The position numbers and the translations under genes are program-made. The notes under the pieces were generated by a model that ran no database searches, was not told where the DNA came from, and was given only the letters and a program-made list of their open reading frames with translations. From Malacoraja senta (taxonomy: Eukaryota), in the NCBI GenBank assembly GCA_038087875.1, contig JAXLNO010000110.1:186001-250000 (forward strand): a DNA stretch of 64,000 nucleotides. The letters are read 5' to 3'. This document shows positions 14,016 to 24,189 of the stretch, piece after piece (the first letter of the stretch is position 1; each line of letters opens with the position of its first letter).

Positions 14016-14152
14016 TCATTTGGATGATTGGCATCTTTGGGATTCGTTGCAAGCTGCCAAACCGAAGAGTATTTTCACAAACTCCGAAAAGTCGATGTTT
14101 TAGATGTGTCGTTCATTATGATCGCGTCCGCCAGTTTGTCAAATATCTCCGG
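14016..14152 (-). CDS. S100 protein copy 1, last coding exon (C-terminal EF-hand), with an apparent 1-nt deletion
   Basis: Follows acceptor ctctgcttccacag. Restoring one base in the A-run (plus-strand T4 at 14098-14101) gives PEIFDKLADAIIMNDTSK(N)IDFSEFVKILFGLAACNESQRCQSSK*, with the IDFxEF EF-hand motif. As assembled it is 137 nt and stops early at TGA 14077-14075. Confidence 0.88.
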
Positions 14153-15519
14153 CTGTGGAAGCAGAGATGGGACAATCAGAAACAGTTAGACAAGTACGTG
14201 GATAGGACAGGTTTGGAGGGATATGGGCCAGGTGGGACTAGTGTACCTGGGACATTGTTTGGCCGGTGTGGGCAAGTTGGGCCTAAGGGCCTGATTCCCC
14301 ACTGTATCACTCTATGACTTAATTCCCTGTCTTTAGACCTCCTCTCTCCCCCCCCTTCCCTCCCTACCCATCCACACCCCTCCGCTCCTGTCTCCCTGCC
14401 TTTCTGGATGTTCTTTCAGGAAGGAGATGAGGAGGGATTTCTTCATTGAAACGTACCAAACAGTGAGAGGCCTGGACAGAGTGAAATGTGGAGAGGATGT
14501 TTCCACTAGTGGGAGAGTCTAGGACCAGAGACCACAGCCTCATACTTAAAGGACGTTCCTTTAGAACGGAGGTGAGAAGGAATTTCTTTAGAGGGTGGTG
14601 AATCTGTGGAATTCATTGCTACAGATGGCTGTGGAGGCCAAGTCAGTGGATATTTTTAAGGCAGAGGTGGATAGATTCTTAATTAGTACGGGTGTCAGGG
14701 GCTATGGGGAGAAGGCAGGAGAATGGGATTTGGAGGGAGAGATAGATCAGCCATGATTGGCTGGTGGAGTAGACTTGATGGACCAAATGGCCTAATTGTA
14801 CTCCTATCCCCTATGACCTCTCCTTTCCCCTCATCCACCCCCCTCATCCACCCCCCTCTCTCCCTCCGCTCCCATCTCTCTCTCCCCCCCGCCCCTTCTC
14901 CATTTCCCTTTAAAGCTGAAATAACTCATCACTGGAGAACAGAAAATGGTCACATTTCTGAACCCTTCTTCAACCCAAAACATCACTGATCCCTTCTCTC
15001 CAGAGATGCTGCCTGACCCACTGAGTTACTCCAGCTTTTTGTGTCTATCTTTGGTTTAAACCAGCATCTGCGGTTCCTCCCTACGCATTTCCTGTCTTTA
15101 GTTTACTTTCGAGATACTGTGCTGAAACAGGCCCTTCGGCCCACCGAGTCCGCGCCGACCAGCGATCCCCGCACACTAGCACCACCCTATACACACGAGG
15201 GACGATTTACAATTTTACCCAGGCCAATTAACCTACATCGAACCCGAGTTTCTAGCGCTGTGAGGCAGCAACTCTACCGCTGCGCCACCGTCCCTGCTCG
15301 CATTCCATTCGGCCCATTGCACCCATGCCAGCTGACAGAGTAACCCTCCCTCCCCCACAAGGAGGCGTTATAACCCCCTTGCCCCATCGCTCTGCCCAGC
15401 TCTGGGTGTGTTCCACAGTTCCAGCAACCCACACGGACGTGTACCCAGCCCGTCCCGCCCCGCATGTGTCTGTGTGACCGTGAGCCAGTGTGTCTGCATG
15501 TATATCTGCATGTGAGGGT

Positions 15520-16447
15520 CTGTATCTGTGAGTGTGTGTATCTGTGAGTGTGTGTATCTGTGAGTGTGTGTATCTGTGTGAGTGTGTATCTGTGTGAGTG
15601 TGTGTATCTGTGTGAGTGTGTGTATCTGTGAGTGTGTATATCTGTGAGTGTGTGTATCTGTGAGTGTGTGTATCTGTGAGTGTGTGTATCTGAGTGTGTA
15701 TCTGTGAGTGTGTGTATCTGTGTGAGAGTGTGTATCTGTGAGTGTGTATCTGTGAGTGTGTGTATCTGTGAGTGTGTGTATCTGTGAGTGTGTGTATCTG
15801 AGTGTGTATCTGTGAGTGTGTGTATCTGTGTGAGTGTGTGTATCTGTGTGAGTGTGTGTATCTGTGAGTGTGTGTATATGTGAGTGTGTGTATCTGTGAG
15901 TGTGTGTATCTGTGAGTGTGTGTATCTGTGAGTGTGTGTATCTGTGAGTGTGTGTATCTGTGAGTGTGTGTATCTGTGAGTGTGTGTATCTGTGAGTGTG
16001 TGTATCTGTGAGTGTGTGTATATTTGTGTTTGTGTTTTGTGTATCTGTGAGTGTGTGTATCTGTGAGTGTGTGTATCTGTGAGTTTGTGTATATTTGTGT
16101 TTGTGTTTGTGTATCTGTGAGTGTGTGTATCTGGGTGCCTGTGTATATCTGTGTGAGTGTATCTGTGTGTGTATCTGTGTGTGTGTATCTGTGTAAGTGT
16201 GGTTATTTGCGTGTGTGTTTGTGTATCTGCGAGTGTGTGCATCTGTGTGAGTGTGTGTCTGAGTGTGTGTGAGAGCGTGTGTGTGTGTTTGCGTGTGTGT
16301 ATCTGAGTGTGTGTGTGTGTGTGTGTGTGTATCCGTGTGAGTGTGTGCGAATCTCAGTGTGGGTGACAGTGTGTGTGTGAGTGTGTATGTTTGCATATAT
16401 GTATCTGTGTGGGTGTGTGTGTGTGTGTGTGTGTGTTTGCGTGTATG

Positions 16448-16478
<31 letters not shown>

Positions 16479-16500
16479 ATTTGTGTGTGTGTGAGAGTGA
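15520..16500. repeat. 16-bp minisatellite (TGTGAGTGTGTGTATC)n grading into (TG)n, in the S100 intron between the coding exons
   Basis: Directly visible tandem array; it explains the His/Thr-rich spurious ORFs. Confidence 0.95.
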
Positions 16501-16530
16501 GGGTGCAGGCTGGGTGGTGACGGTACTCAC

Positions 16531-16668
16531 AGAGAACGCTTTCATCTCCTTGCGGAACAGTTCTTTAAGCTCCTTTTTCTCCAGTGCCTTTGCATCTCCG
16601 CCCTTCTCGGCGTATTGCTTGAAGATGTCCATGATGTCCTTTACTGCTCTCTCCAGTGTAGTTGCCAT
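16531..16668 (-). CDS. S100 protein copy 1, first coding exon (helix 1, pseudo-EF-hand, helix 2)
   Basis: Translates MATTLERAVKDIMDIFKQYAEKGGDAKALEKKELKELFRKEMKAFS, which matches the S100 N-terminal pattern (F-x-x-Y-A-x-K-x-G-D-x-x-x-L-x-K-x-E-L-K-E-L). 138 nt ending in a phase-0 donor GTGAGT (16530-16525). Pyrimidine-rich acceptor ...ctctcttgttcttcag just upstream (exon starts at 16682). This is the typical S100 exon layout. Confidence 0.93.
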
Positions 16669-16800
16669 GACTGTGCGGCTAGCTGAAGAACAAGAGAGGG
16701 CAAGAGTTTTGTCTACTTTATTTTAGTTGAGTTTAGTTCAACATCACACTATTTTCTTGCCTGCTTTCCTGTCAGCATAAAGACTACACATGATCACAAG

Positions 16801-17037
16801 CAAAGATCCTGAGTTACTTCCAGCCTTTTGTGTCTGTCTTCGGTTTAAACCAGCATCTGAAGTTCCTCCCTGTACAAGGTATGTGCCGTTTTAACTGAAC
16901 ACATAACTGAAGTCAGGTCGGGCCAAAGATAGGGTCGGGTTTACTGAAATGGCAGAAGTTACGCTCCGTTGTGTACTACACGTTAGTCCATTGGATTTTG
17001 CAGGAGTGGTCCATCTTGCTCTGCTCTAGGATCTTTG
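16801..17037. mobile_element. Non-autonomous DNA element with 8-bp TSD (hAT- or P-like)
   Basis: Termini CAAAGATCCT / AGGATCTTTG; flanks atcacaag (16793-16800) and attacaag (17038-17045). Confidence 0.6.
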
Positions 17038-17045
17038 ATTACAAG

Positions 17046-17350
17046 GGCAGCACGGTGGTGCAGCGGTAGAGTTGCTGCCTCACCGCGCCAGAGACCCGGG
17101 TTCCATCCCGACTACAGATGCTGCCTGTACGGAGTTTGCACGTTCCCCTCGTGACCTTGCTTGGGTTTTCTCCCGTCCCCTCCCACACTCCAAAGACGTG
17201 CAGGTTTGCAGGTTAATTGGCTTGGTGTAAATGTAAACCACCCCTAGTGTGTGTGTGTGTGTGTAGGTAGTGCTAGTGTATGGGTGATCTCTAGTCAGCG
17301 CAGACTCGGTGTTTCTGCGCTGTATCTGTAAACTAAACTAAAGTAAACTA
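17046..17350 (+). mobile_element. tRNA-derived V-SINE (HE1-like); representative of many copies (e.g. ~2870-3120, ~21790-22095)
   Basis: A-box TGGTGCAGCGG and B-box GGTTCCATCCC, V-domain GTTTGCACGTTC...GGGTTTTCTCC, (AAACT)n tail. Confidence 0.8.
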
Positions 17351-17378
17351 AGGGCGAACGGGCAGGCTTGTCACATAC

Positions 17379-17440
17379 CGTGCCGCTCTCTGTCTGTCTG
17401 TGTGGAGTTTGCAGGTGCTGGGGCTGGTGGATTAAATTCC
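17379..17440 (-). promoter_or_regulatory. Alternative candidate 5' non-coding exon/promoter of S100 copy 1
   Basis: Non-TE-looking stretch with AATTTAAT (17438-17431) followed by a strong donor ACG|GTATGT at 17378. Confidence 0.3.
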
Positions 17441-17859
17441 CCCCCCCACCAACTTTCCTCTCCCTCTCCCCACTGTCAATTGCTCCTCTCCTCCCCCGGG
17501 ATTAAAGGTGTCAGGGTTTATGGGGGAGAAGGCAGGAGAACGTGGGTTTAGAGGGGAAGATAGATGTTCATAACTGATGGCAGAATTAGGCCATTCGACC
17601 CACCACGTCTATTCCGCCATTCAATCACGGCTGAATCCCCGCCATTCAATTAAGACCCGCACTCATTCGGAGTGTGGGAGGAATCGGAAGATCTCGGAGA
17701 AAACCCACGCAGGTCACGGGGAGTACATGCAAACTCCGTACAGACAGCACCCGCAGTCAGGATCGAACCCGGGCCTCTGGCGCTGATTGATGCATAAAAG
17801 GACACAAAGTGCCGGAGTAACTCAGCGGGACGGGCAGCATCGGTGGAGAAAAAGGAATA

Positions 17860-17893
17860 GGTGACGTTTCGGGTCGAGACCCTTCATCAGACT
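17860..17893 (-). ncRNA. Minimal hammerhead ribozyme motif in a Penelope terminal repeat
   Basis: Minus strand AGU-CUGAUGA-A-GGGU(CUCG)ACCC-GAAA-CGUC-ACC: intact core, stem II and palindromic ACGU stem III. Confidence 0.65.
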
Positions 17894-18479
17894 GAGAGTC
17901 AGTCGGGAGGAAAGCGAGAGATATGACCAGGTACAGAAGCCAGCACCAATGACCAAGGAAAGGTGGAGCCCACAATGGTCCATTGTTGGCTGTGGAGGAG
18001 GTGATGACAAAGGGATACGAACAGTAAAACTAGCGGGATGGCTCGGGTGGGGGAGGACGGAGAGAGGGAATGCAAGGGTTACTTGGAATTAGAGAAATCA
18101 ATATTTATGAAGCTGTAAGGTTGTAACTCAGCGGCATCTCTGGAGAACATGGACAGGCGATGTTTCATGTCGGGACCCTTCTTCCTCTCTTCTAGCTTTC
18201 CTCTCCCCCCCCCCCCCCCCCTTCAGTCTGTAGAAGGGTCTCAACCCGAAACATCACCCATTCCTTCTCTGCCTGTCCTGCTGAGTTACTCCAGCACTTT
18301 GTGTCTTATCTTTGGTTTAAAACCAGCATCTGCAGTTCCTTCCTACACCCCTTGTTTTCCTGCCACATTGCTCAGGACACCGGAGGGCACCTGATCCCTC
18401 ACCCCTGCCCAGGCTTTCCCTTTGCCGTAGGGCAGCCCTGTCTGTACCCTGGCAGCGAATGCAGCAACTGCGGGCAACG

Positions 18480-19495
18480 TCACCCAACCCTCTCACTCAC
18501 ACACCCTCTCACTACACCCACACCCTCACTCACAAAGGCACTCACTCTCACCCACACACACGTGCCACATCCCTGCCTCTCTCACGCACACTCACTCTCA
18601 CACCCACTCACACAGGCACTCACTCACACCCACACACACGTGCCACATCCCTGCCTCTCTCACGCACACTCACTCTCACACCCACACACCACATGTCCGC
18701 TTCTCACACTCACACACACACACGCCACATCCCTGCCTCTCATGTACACTCACACACAATTTCACACCTACTCACTCTCGCGCTCGCCTGCACACCACAT
18801 CCCTGCCTCTCACCCACTCTCACACTCACTCACACCCACACACCACAACGCTTCCTCTCACACTCACATACATTCACTCTCACTCACTCTCACTCTCACC
18901 CACACACACACACACACTCTCATTCACACTGTCTCTCACGCACCAAGCCGTCTCACTCACTCACTCGTGCATTCTCTCATTCACTGCCTCACTCACTCAA
19001 GCCATCTCACACATCTCTCTCTCGCTCACTGTCTCATACACCCCCCCTCTCTCTCTCTCTCCTCTCTTTACTATCTCATTCTCACTCTCTCACACACATT
19101 CTCATTCTCACTCTCTCTCATTCTCACTCGTTCATTCTCTCTCCCTCACTCGCTCACTCACTTGGTCAGGTCAGGTCCGGACTGCTGTGCTGTTGGTAGG
19201 TTGGTGAGTAGACCAGGTGCGTGAAGTCTCTGCCTCCTCTTCTTTTTATCTCCAGCTGGCATCCCCTCATCCCACCCCCTGCAGGGTGTGGGCTGGGCTG
19301 GATTGGATAGCCGTGATCGGTGCCTCTCTCACCAAACCTGTTCACCGTTTAGAGTTAATATCAGAATCATAACTCATCCCTGCAGCTTATCCCACCCTAT
19401 GTCCCCTCAAGGACCGCCTCAAGGTCCTAACGATAATTGCATTCAATGCCTCCCTCTCTCTCACGCTCTCATTATTTCTCTCTCTCTCACACACA

Positions 19496-19526
<31 letters not shown>

Positions 19527-19827
19527 TCTCTCTTTCTCATACTATCCTTATCTCTCCCAATTCACAGAAGTCCAGCGCAATATACAGGCCCCTGGTTCTG
19601 GACTCCCCCAACATTGGAATATGTTTCCTGCCTCTAGCGCGTCCAAACCCTTAATAATCTTTTATGTTTCAATAAGATCCCCTCCCATCCTAAATTTCCT
19701 CTTTCTTTATCACACTCTCTCCTTATCTATCTCTCTCTCTCCTCAATTCTCTCTCTCTCGTTCTCACCTCTCTCTCTTTATTTCCTCTCTCACTCTTTCT
19801 CACACTCTCTCTTTTTCACACTCTCCT

Positions 19828-19902
<75 letters not shown>

Positions 19903-20247
19903 GCTTCTCTTTCCCCCCACCCCCCTATTCACAAAACAGTCCAGCACAATATACAGGCCCTTTGGCCCACAATGTCCGTGCCTTACACGAATCCAAGTTA
20001 AACTGATCTCCTCTGCCTGCACGTGATCCATATCCCTCCATTCCCTGCATATCCATGTGCCTGTCTAAACGGCTCTTAAACACCACTGTCATATCTGCCT
20101 CCACCACCACCCCTGGCATTCCTCTCTCGTTTTTTTCTTTCTCTCTATCCTGCTCTAACACTGTCTCTGATACACCACCCCTTACCCTCTCTTTGACAAT
20201 CTCTCTCTATCTCCCTCTCTCTCTTGCCTCCTTTGCTCCTTTCTTGC

Positions 20248-20294
<47 letters not shown>

Positions 20295-20295
20295 C
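18480..20295. repeat. CA/CT-rich low-complexity region with (CT)n tracts and a ~78-bp tandem duplication near 18535-18690
   Basis: Directly visible; interrupted by the candidate promoter island and CR1 fragments. Confidence 0.85.
19162..19310 (-). promoter_or_regulatory. Candidate promoter and non-coding exon 1 of S100 copy 1
   Basis: Unique-looking island among simple repeats. Minus-strand order: CCAAT (19306-19302), CCCACACCC (19292-19284), E-box CAGCTG (19258-19253), GATAAAAA TATA-like box (19250-19243), a ~60 nt exon, then donor AA|GTGAGT at 19161. S100 genes normally have a non-coding first exon. Confidence 0.55.
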
Positions 20296-20946
20296 GCTCT
20301 AGAAACATAGAAACATAGAAAATAGGTGCAGGAGGAGGCCATTTGGCCCTTCGAGCCAGAGTGAGGCCAAATGCAAATTGGAGGAGCAGCATCTCATATT
20401 TTGCTTGGGCAGCTTACAGCCCAGTGGTATGAATATTGATTTCTCTAACTTCAGGCAGCCCCGGCATTCCCTCTCTCTATCCCTCCCCCACCCAAGTCAC
20501 ACCAGCTTCTCATTTTCACGCTACAAACAGCTGACCAGGACCGGCCATAAGCCGATTGGACCGATTTCTCCCAATTGGGCCCGCGCCTAAGCGGGACCCC
20601 GTGTTTAATTTTCCATATTTCATACGGAAATACAAATTCGCTTTGTTAAATAAAGATTTTTTTAAAACATTCGCCATACGGATTTATTTACAAAACGAAC
20701 ATGGATAACAACCGCTGCACGGCCATCAGACACAAACGATTTGTTAACTACTACTGTTAGCACTTGTTAACAGCCAGTAGTTAACAAGTAGTTATACAAT
20801 GTGTCATCAATGCATCGATCCACATTCCTCAGTAAATGTAATTGTGTTTTGAACAAGTATTAATGACGCTGCGGTTCTTTTGAATACAATTCACGGCAGC
20901 GTCATTAATACTTGATCAAAACACAATTACATTTACTGAAGAATGT

Positions 20947-21146
20947 NNNNNNNNNNNNNNNNNNNNNNNNNNNNNNNNNNNNNNNNNNNNNNNNNNNNNN
21001 NNNNNNNNNNNNNNNNNNNNNNNNNNNNNNNNNNNNNNNNNNNNNNNNNNNNNNNNNNNNNNNNNNNNNNNNNNNNNNNNNNNNNNNNNNNNNNNNNNNN
21101 NNNNNNNNNNNNNNNNNNNNNNNNNNNNNNNNNNNNNNNNNNNNNN
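20947..21146. other. Assembly gap (200 N)
   Basis: Run of N. Confidence 1.
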
Positions 21147-21556
21147 ACACACACTCACACGGATACACACACTCACACTGATATACACACTCACACTGAT
21201 ACACACACTCACTGATACACACACTCACAGATACACACACTCAGATACACACACTCACAGATACACACACTCACACAGATACACATACTCAGATACACAC
21301 ACTCACAGATACACACACTCAGATACACACACTCACAGATACACACACTCACACAGGTACACACACTCACTGATACACACACTCACAGATACACACTCAC
21401 ACAGATACACACACTCACACAGATACACACTCACACAGATACACACTCACACAGATACACACTCACACAGATACACACACTCACAGATACACACACTCAC
21501 ACAGATACACACTCACAGATACACACACTCACAGGTACACACACTCACAGATACAG
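21147..21556. repeat. Mirror copy of the 16-bp minisatellite (GATACACACACTCACA)n
   Basis: Tandem array abutting the gap. Confidence 0.95.
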
Positions 21557-23049
21557 ACCCTCACATGCAGATATACATGCTGACACACTGGCTCACGGTC
21601 ACACAGACACATGCGGGGCGGGGCGGGGACGAGCTGGGTACACGTCCGTGTGGGTTGCTGGAACTGTGGAACACACACAGAGCTGGGCAGAGCGACGGGG
21701 CAAGGGGGTTATAAACGCCTCCTTGTGGGGGAGGAGGGTTACTCTGTCAGCTGGCATGGATGTAATGGACCGAATGGAATGCGAGCAGGGACGGTGGCGC
21801 AGCGGTAGAGTTGCTGCCTCACAGCACCAGAGACTCGGGTTCGATCCTGACCACGGGTGCTGTCTGTATGGAGTTTGCACGTTTTCCCCGTGACCTGTGT
21901 GGGTTTTCTCCGGGTGCTCCGGTTTCCTCCCACACTCAAAAGAAGTTGCAGGTATGTAGGTTAATTGGCCTGGGTAAAATTGTAAATCGTCCCTAGTGTG
22001 TATAGGGTGGTGCTAGTGTGCGGGGATCGCTGGTCGGCGCGGACTCGGTGGGCTGAAGGGCCTGTTTCAGCACAGTATCTCGAAAGTAAACTAAAGACAG
22101 GAAATGCGTAGGGAGGAACCGCAGATGCTGGTTTAAACCAAAGATAGACACAAAAATCTGGAGTAACTCAGTGGGTCAGGCAGTGTCTCTGGAGAGAAGG
22201 GATCAGTGATGTTTTGGGTTTAAGAAGGGTTCAGAAATGTGACCATTTACTGTTCTCCAGAGATGAGTTATTTCAGCTTTAAAGGGAAATGGAGAATGGG
22301 CAGGGGGGGGGGGGGGGGGGGAGAGAGATGGGAGCGGAGGGAGAGAGGGGGTGGATGAGGGGGTGGATGAGGGGAAAGAGAAGGTCATAGGGGATAGGAG
22401 TACAATTAGGCCATTTGGTCCATCAGTCTACTCCACCAGCCAGTCATGGCTGATCTATCTCTCCCTCCAAATCCCATTCTCCTGCCTTCTCCCCATAGCC
22501 CCTGACACCCGTACTAATTAAGAATCTATCTACCTCTGCCTTAAAAATATCCACTGACTTGGCCTCCACAGCCATCTGTAGCAATGAATTCCACACATTC
22601 ACCACCCTCTAAAGAAATTCCTTCTCACCTCCGTTCTAAAGGAACGTCCTTTAATTCTGAGGCTGTGGTCTCTGGTCCTAGACTCTCCCACTAGTGGAAA
22701 CATCCTCTCCACATTCACTCTGTCCAGGCCTCTCACTGTTTGGTACGTTTCAATGAAGAAATCCCTCCTCATCTCCTTCCTGAAAGAACATCCAGAAAGG
22801 AAGGGAGACAGGAGTGGAGGGGTGTGGATGGGTAGGGAGGGAGGGGGGGGGGGAGAGAGGAGGTCTAAAGACAGGGGAATTAAGTCATAGAGTGATACAG
22901 TGGGGAATCAGGCCCTTTGGCCCAACTTGCCCACATCGGCCAACAAGGTCCCAGGTACACTAGTCCCACCTGGCCCATATCACTCCAAACCTGTCCTATC
23001 CACGTACTTGTCTAACTGTTTCTGATTGTCCCTCTCTCTGTTTCCACAG

Positions 23050-23188
23050 CCGAAGGCATTTGACAAAGTGGCGGACGCGATCATGATAAACGACAAAAGT
23101 GGATTCATCGACTTTATGGAGTTTTTGACCAATACTCAACGGTTTGACCGCTTGCAACGAATCCAAAGAATGCCAATCATCCAAATGA
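23050..23188 (+). CDS. S100 protein copy 2, last coding exon (C-terminal EF-hand), with an apparent 1-nt insertion
   Basis: Follows acceptor ctctgtttccacag. Reads PKAFDKVADAIMINDKSGFIDFMEFLT, then after removing one base near 23129-23132, ILNGLTACNESKECQSSK*. 139 nt. The upstream exons are not seen and are probably in or beyond the gap at 20947-21146. Confidence 0.85.
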
Positions 23189-23423
23189 CAGTGCCAATAA
23201 CCCTGTTGATGACAACAAGACCATTGAGTCAGCAGCTCAGCTCATACCGGCAGGAACACACTCTCTCACCCATCCCCTCCACTGCCCTGCCCATCCTCAT
23301 CCACCTCCTCACTCCCTCCCCTTCCATCCCTCTCTCTCCCTCTCCTCTCCCCCACCCCCCCACCATCTATCCCTCTCTCCTTCTCCTCCCCTCCACACTC
23401 TCTCCCTCCGCTCACCGTCATTA

Positions 23424-23429
23424 AATAAA
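23424..23429 (+). terminator. Polyadenylation signal AATAAA of S100 copy 2
   Basis: AATAAA at the homologous position to copy 1. Confidence 0.7.
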
Positions 23430-23955
23430 ACTTTGAGAACTTAGCCGGACAAATGCTGACTGTCGTTTTTCTTTGGGGGGGTGAGGGTGGACGTGGGGGG
23501 AGGGGGGGCAAACAAATGTGGGTTTGAATTGAATGGAATACCTTAGTCACATGTGAGAAGTCACAGTGATGTTCTTTGCTTGCAGGCCCAAGGTTTGCAA
23601 AGAGTCGCCTTATAGTCACCACAGAAAGGGCAGTGACAAAGAGACAATGTTCACCCTTGTTCCCCCCTCTCTTCCCCCCCCCTCACAGCGGTCCCCCCCA
23701 CAGCGGGCCCTTGTCTAGGGGACGAGTGCAGGGAAGAGAGAGAGAGCGCAGGGAGGGGGGTGGGGGTGAGAGAGAGTGGGGGTGGGTGGGATAGAGAAAG
23801 CGGGGGGGGGGGAGAGAGAGCAGGGGAGAGAGAGGGGGGAGGGAGCAGGAGGGGGAGAGACACAAAAAGCTGGAGTAACTCAGCAGGACAGGCAGCATCT
23901 CTGGAGAGACGGAATGAGTGACGTTTCAGGTTGAGACCCTTCTTCAGACTGGTTA

Positions 23956-24189
23956 AGGGCCTGTCCCACTTGGCAATTTTTTCGCCAACTGCCGGCGTCA
24001 TATCAGTGTCGCCAAAAGATTTTGAACATTTCAAAATCCAGCGGCGACAAAAAATGTTGCGACACTTGAAAAAACACCGCGCGTCTTACGTCATCACGCC
24101 GCTTCACCGCCGCAAATTTTTCGGTGACCTGATACGTCAGTCAATGATGCCAGCAGTCGCCGAAAAAATCGCCAAGCGGGACAAGCCCT
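23956..24189. mobile_element. PIF/Harbinger MITE (mirror copy)
   Basis: Same TIRs; TTA target duplication. Confidence 0.85.

Larger units (their letters stand above)
6481..16100. repeat. Left arm of a ~9.6 kb inverted segmental duplication
   Basis: Colinear reverse complement of 21147-31205, with shared TE junctions, S100 last exon and Harbinger MITE. The inner boundary is approximate because it falls in a minisatellite. Confidence 0.92.

Noticed and set aside
15274..16396. Long His/Thr-rich ORFs next to the S100 exon, suggesting an S100 fused-type (filaggrin-like) protein
   Set aside because: They are translations of an intronic minisatellite; a consensus donor precedes them and a proper EF-hand exon follows.
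17046..17120. tRNA-like sequences (also near 2870 and 21790)
   Set aside because: They are SINE heads followed by the V-domain and tail; no complete cloverleaf is evident.
18301..20001. 200-300 aa His/Ser/Leu-rich ORFs
   Set aside because: Stop-poor CA/CT low-complexity DNA with no domain signature.
20905..21240. ORFs spanning the N runs (also 54700-55191)
   Set aside because: Artefacts of translating through gaps.
23026..23424. 132-aa ORF as a complete gene
   Set aside because: It starts in intron sequence, and its tail is the 3'UTR read through a +1 indel.
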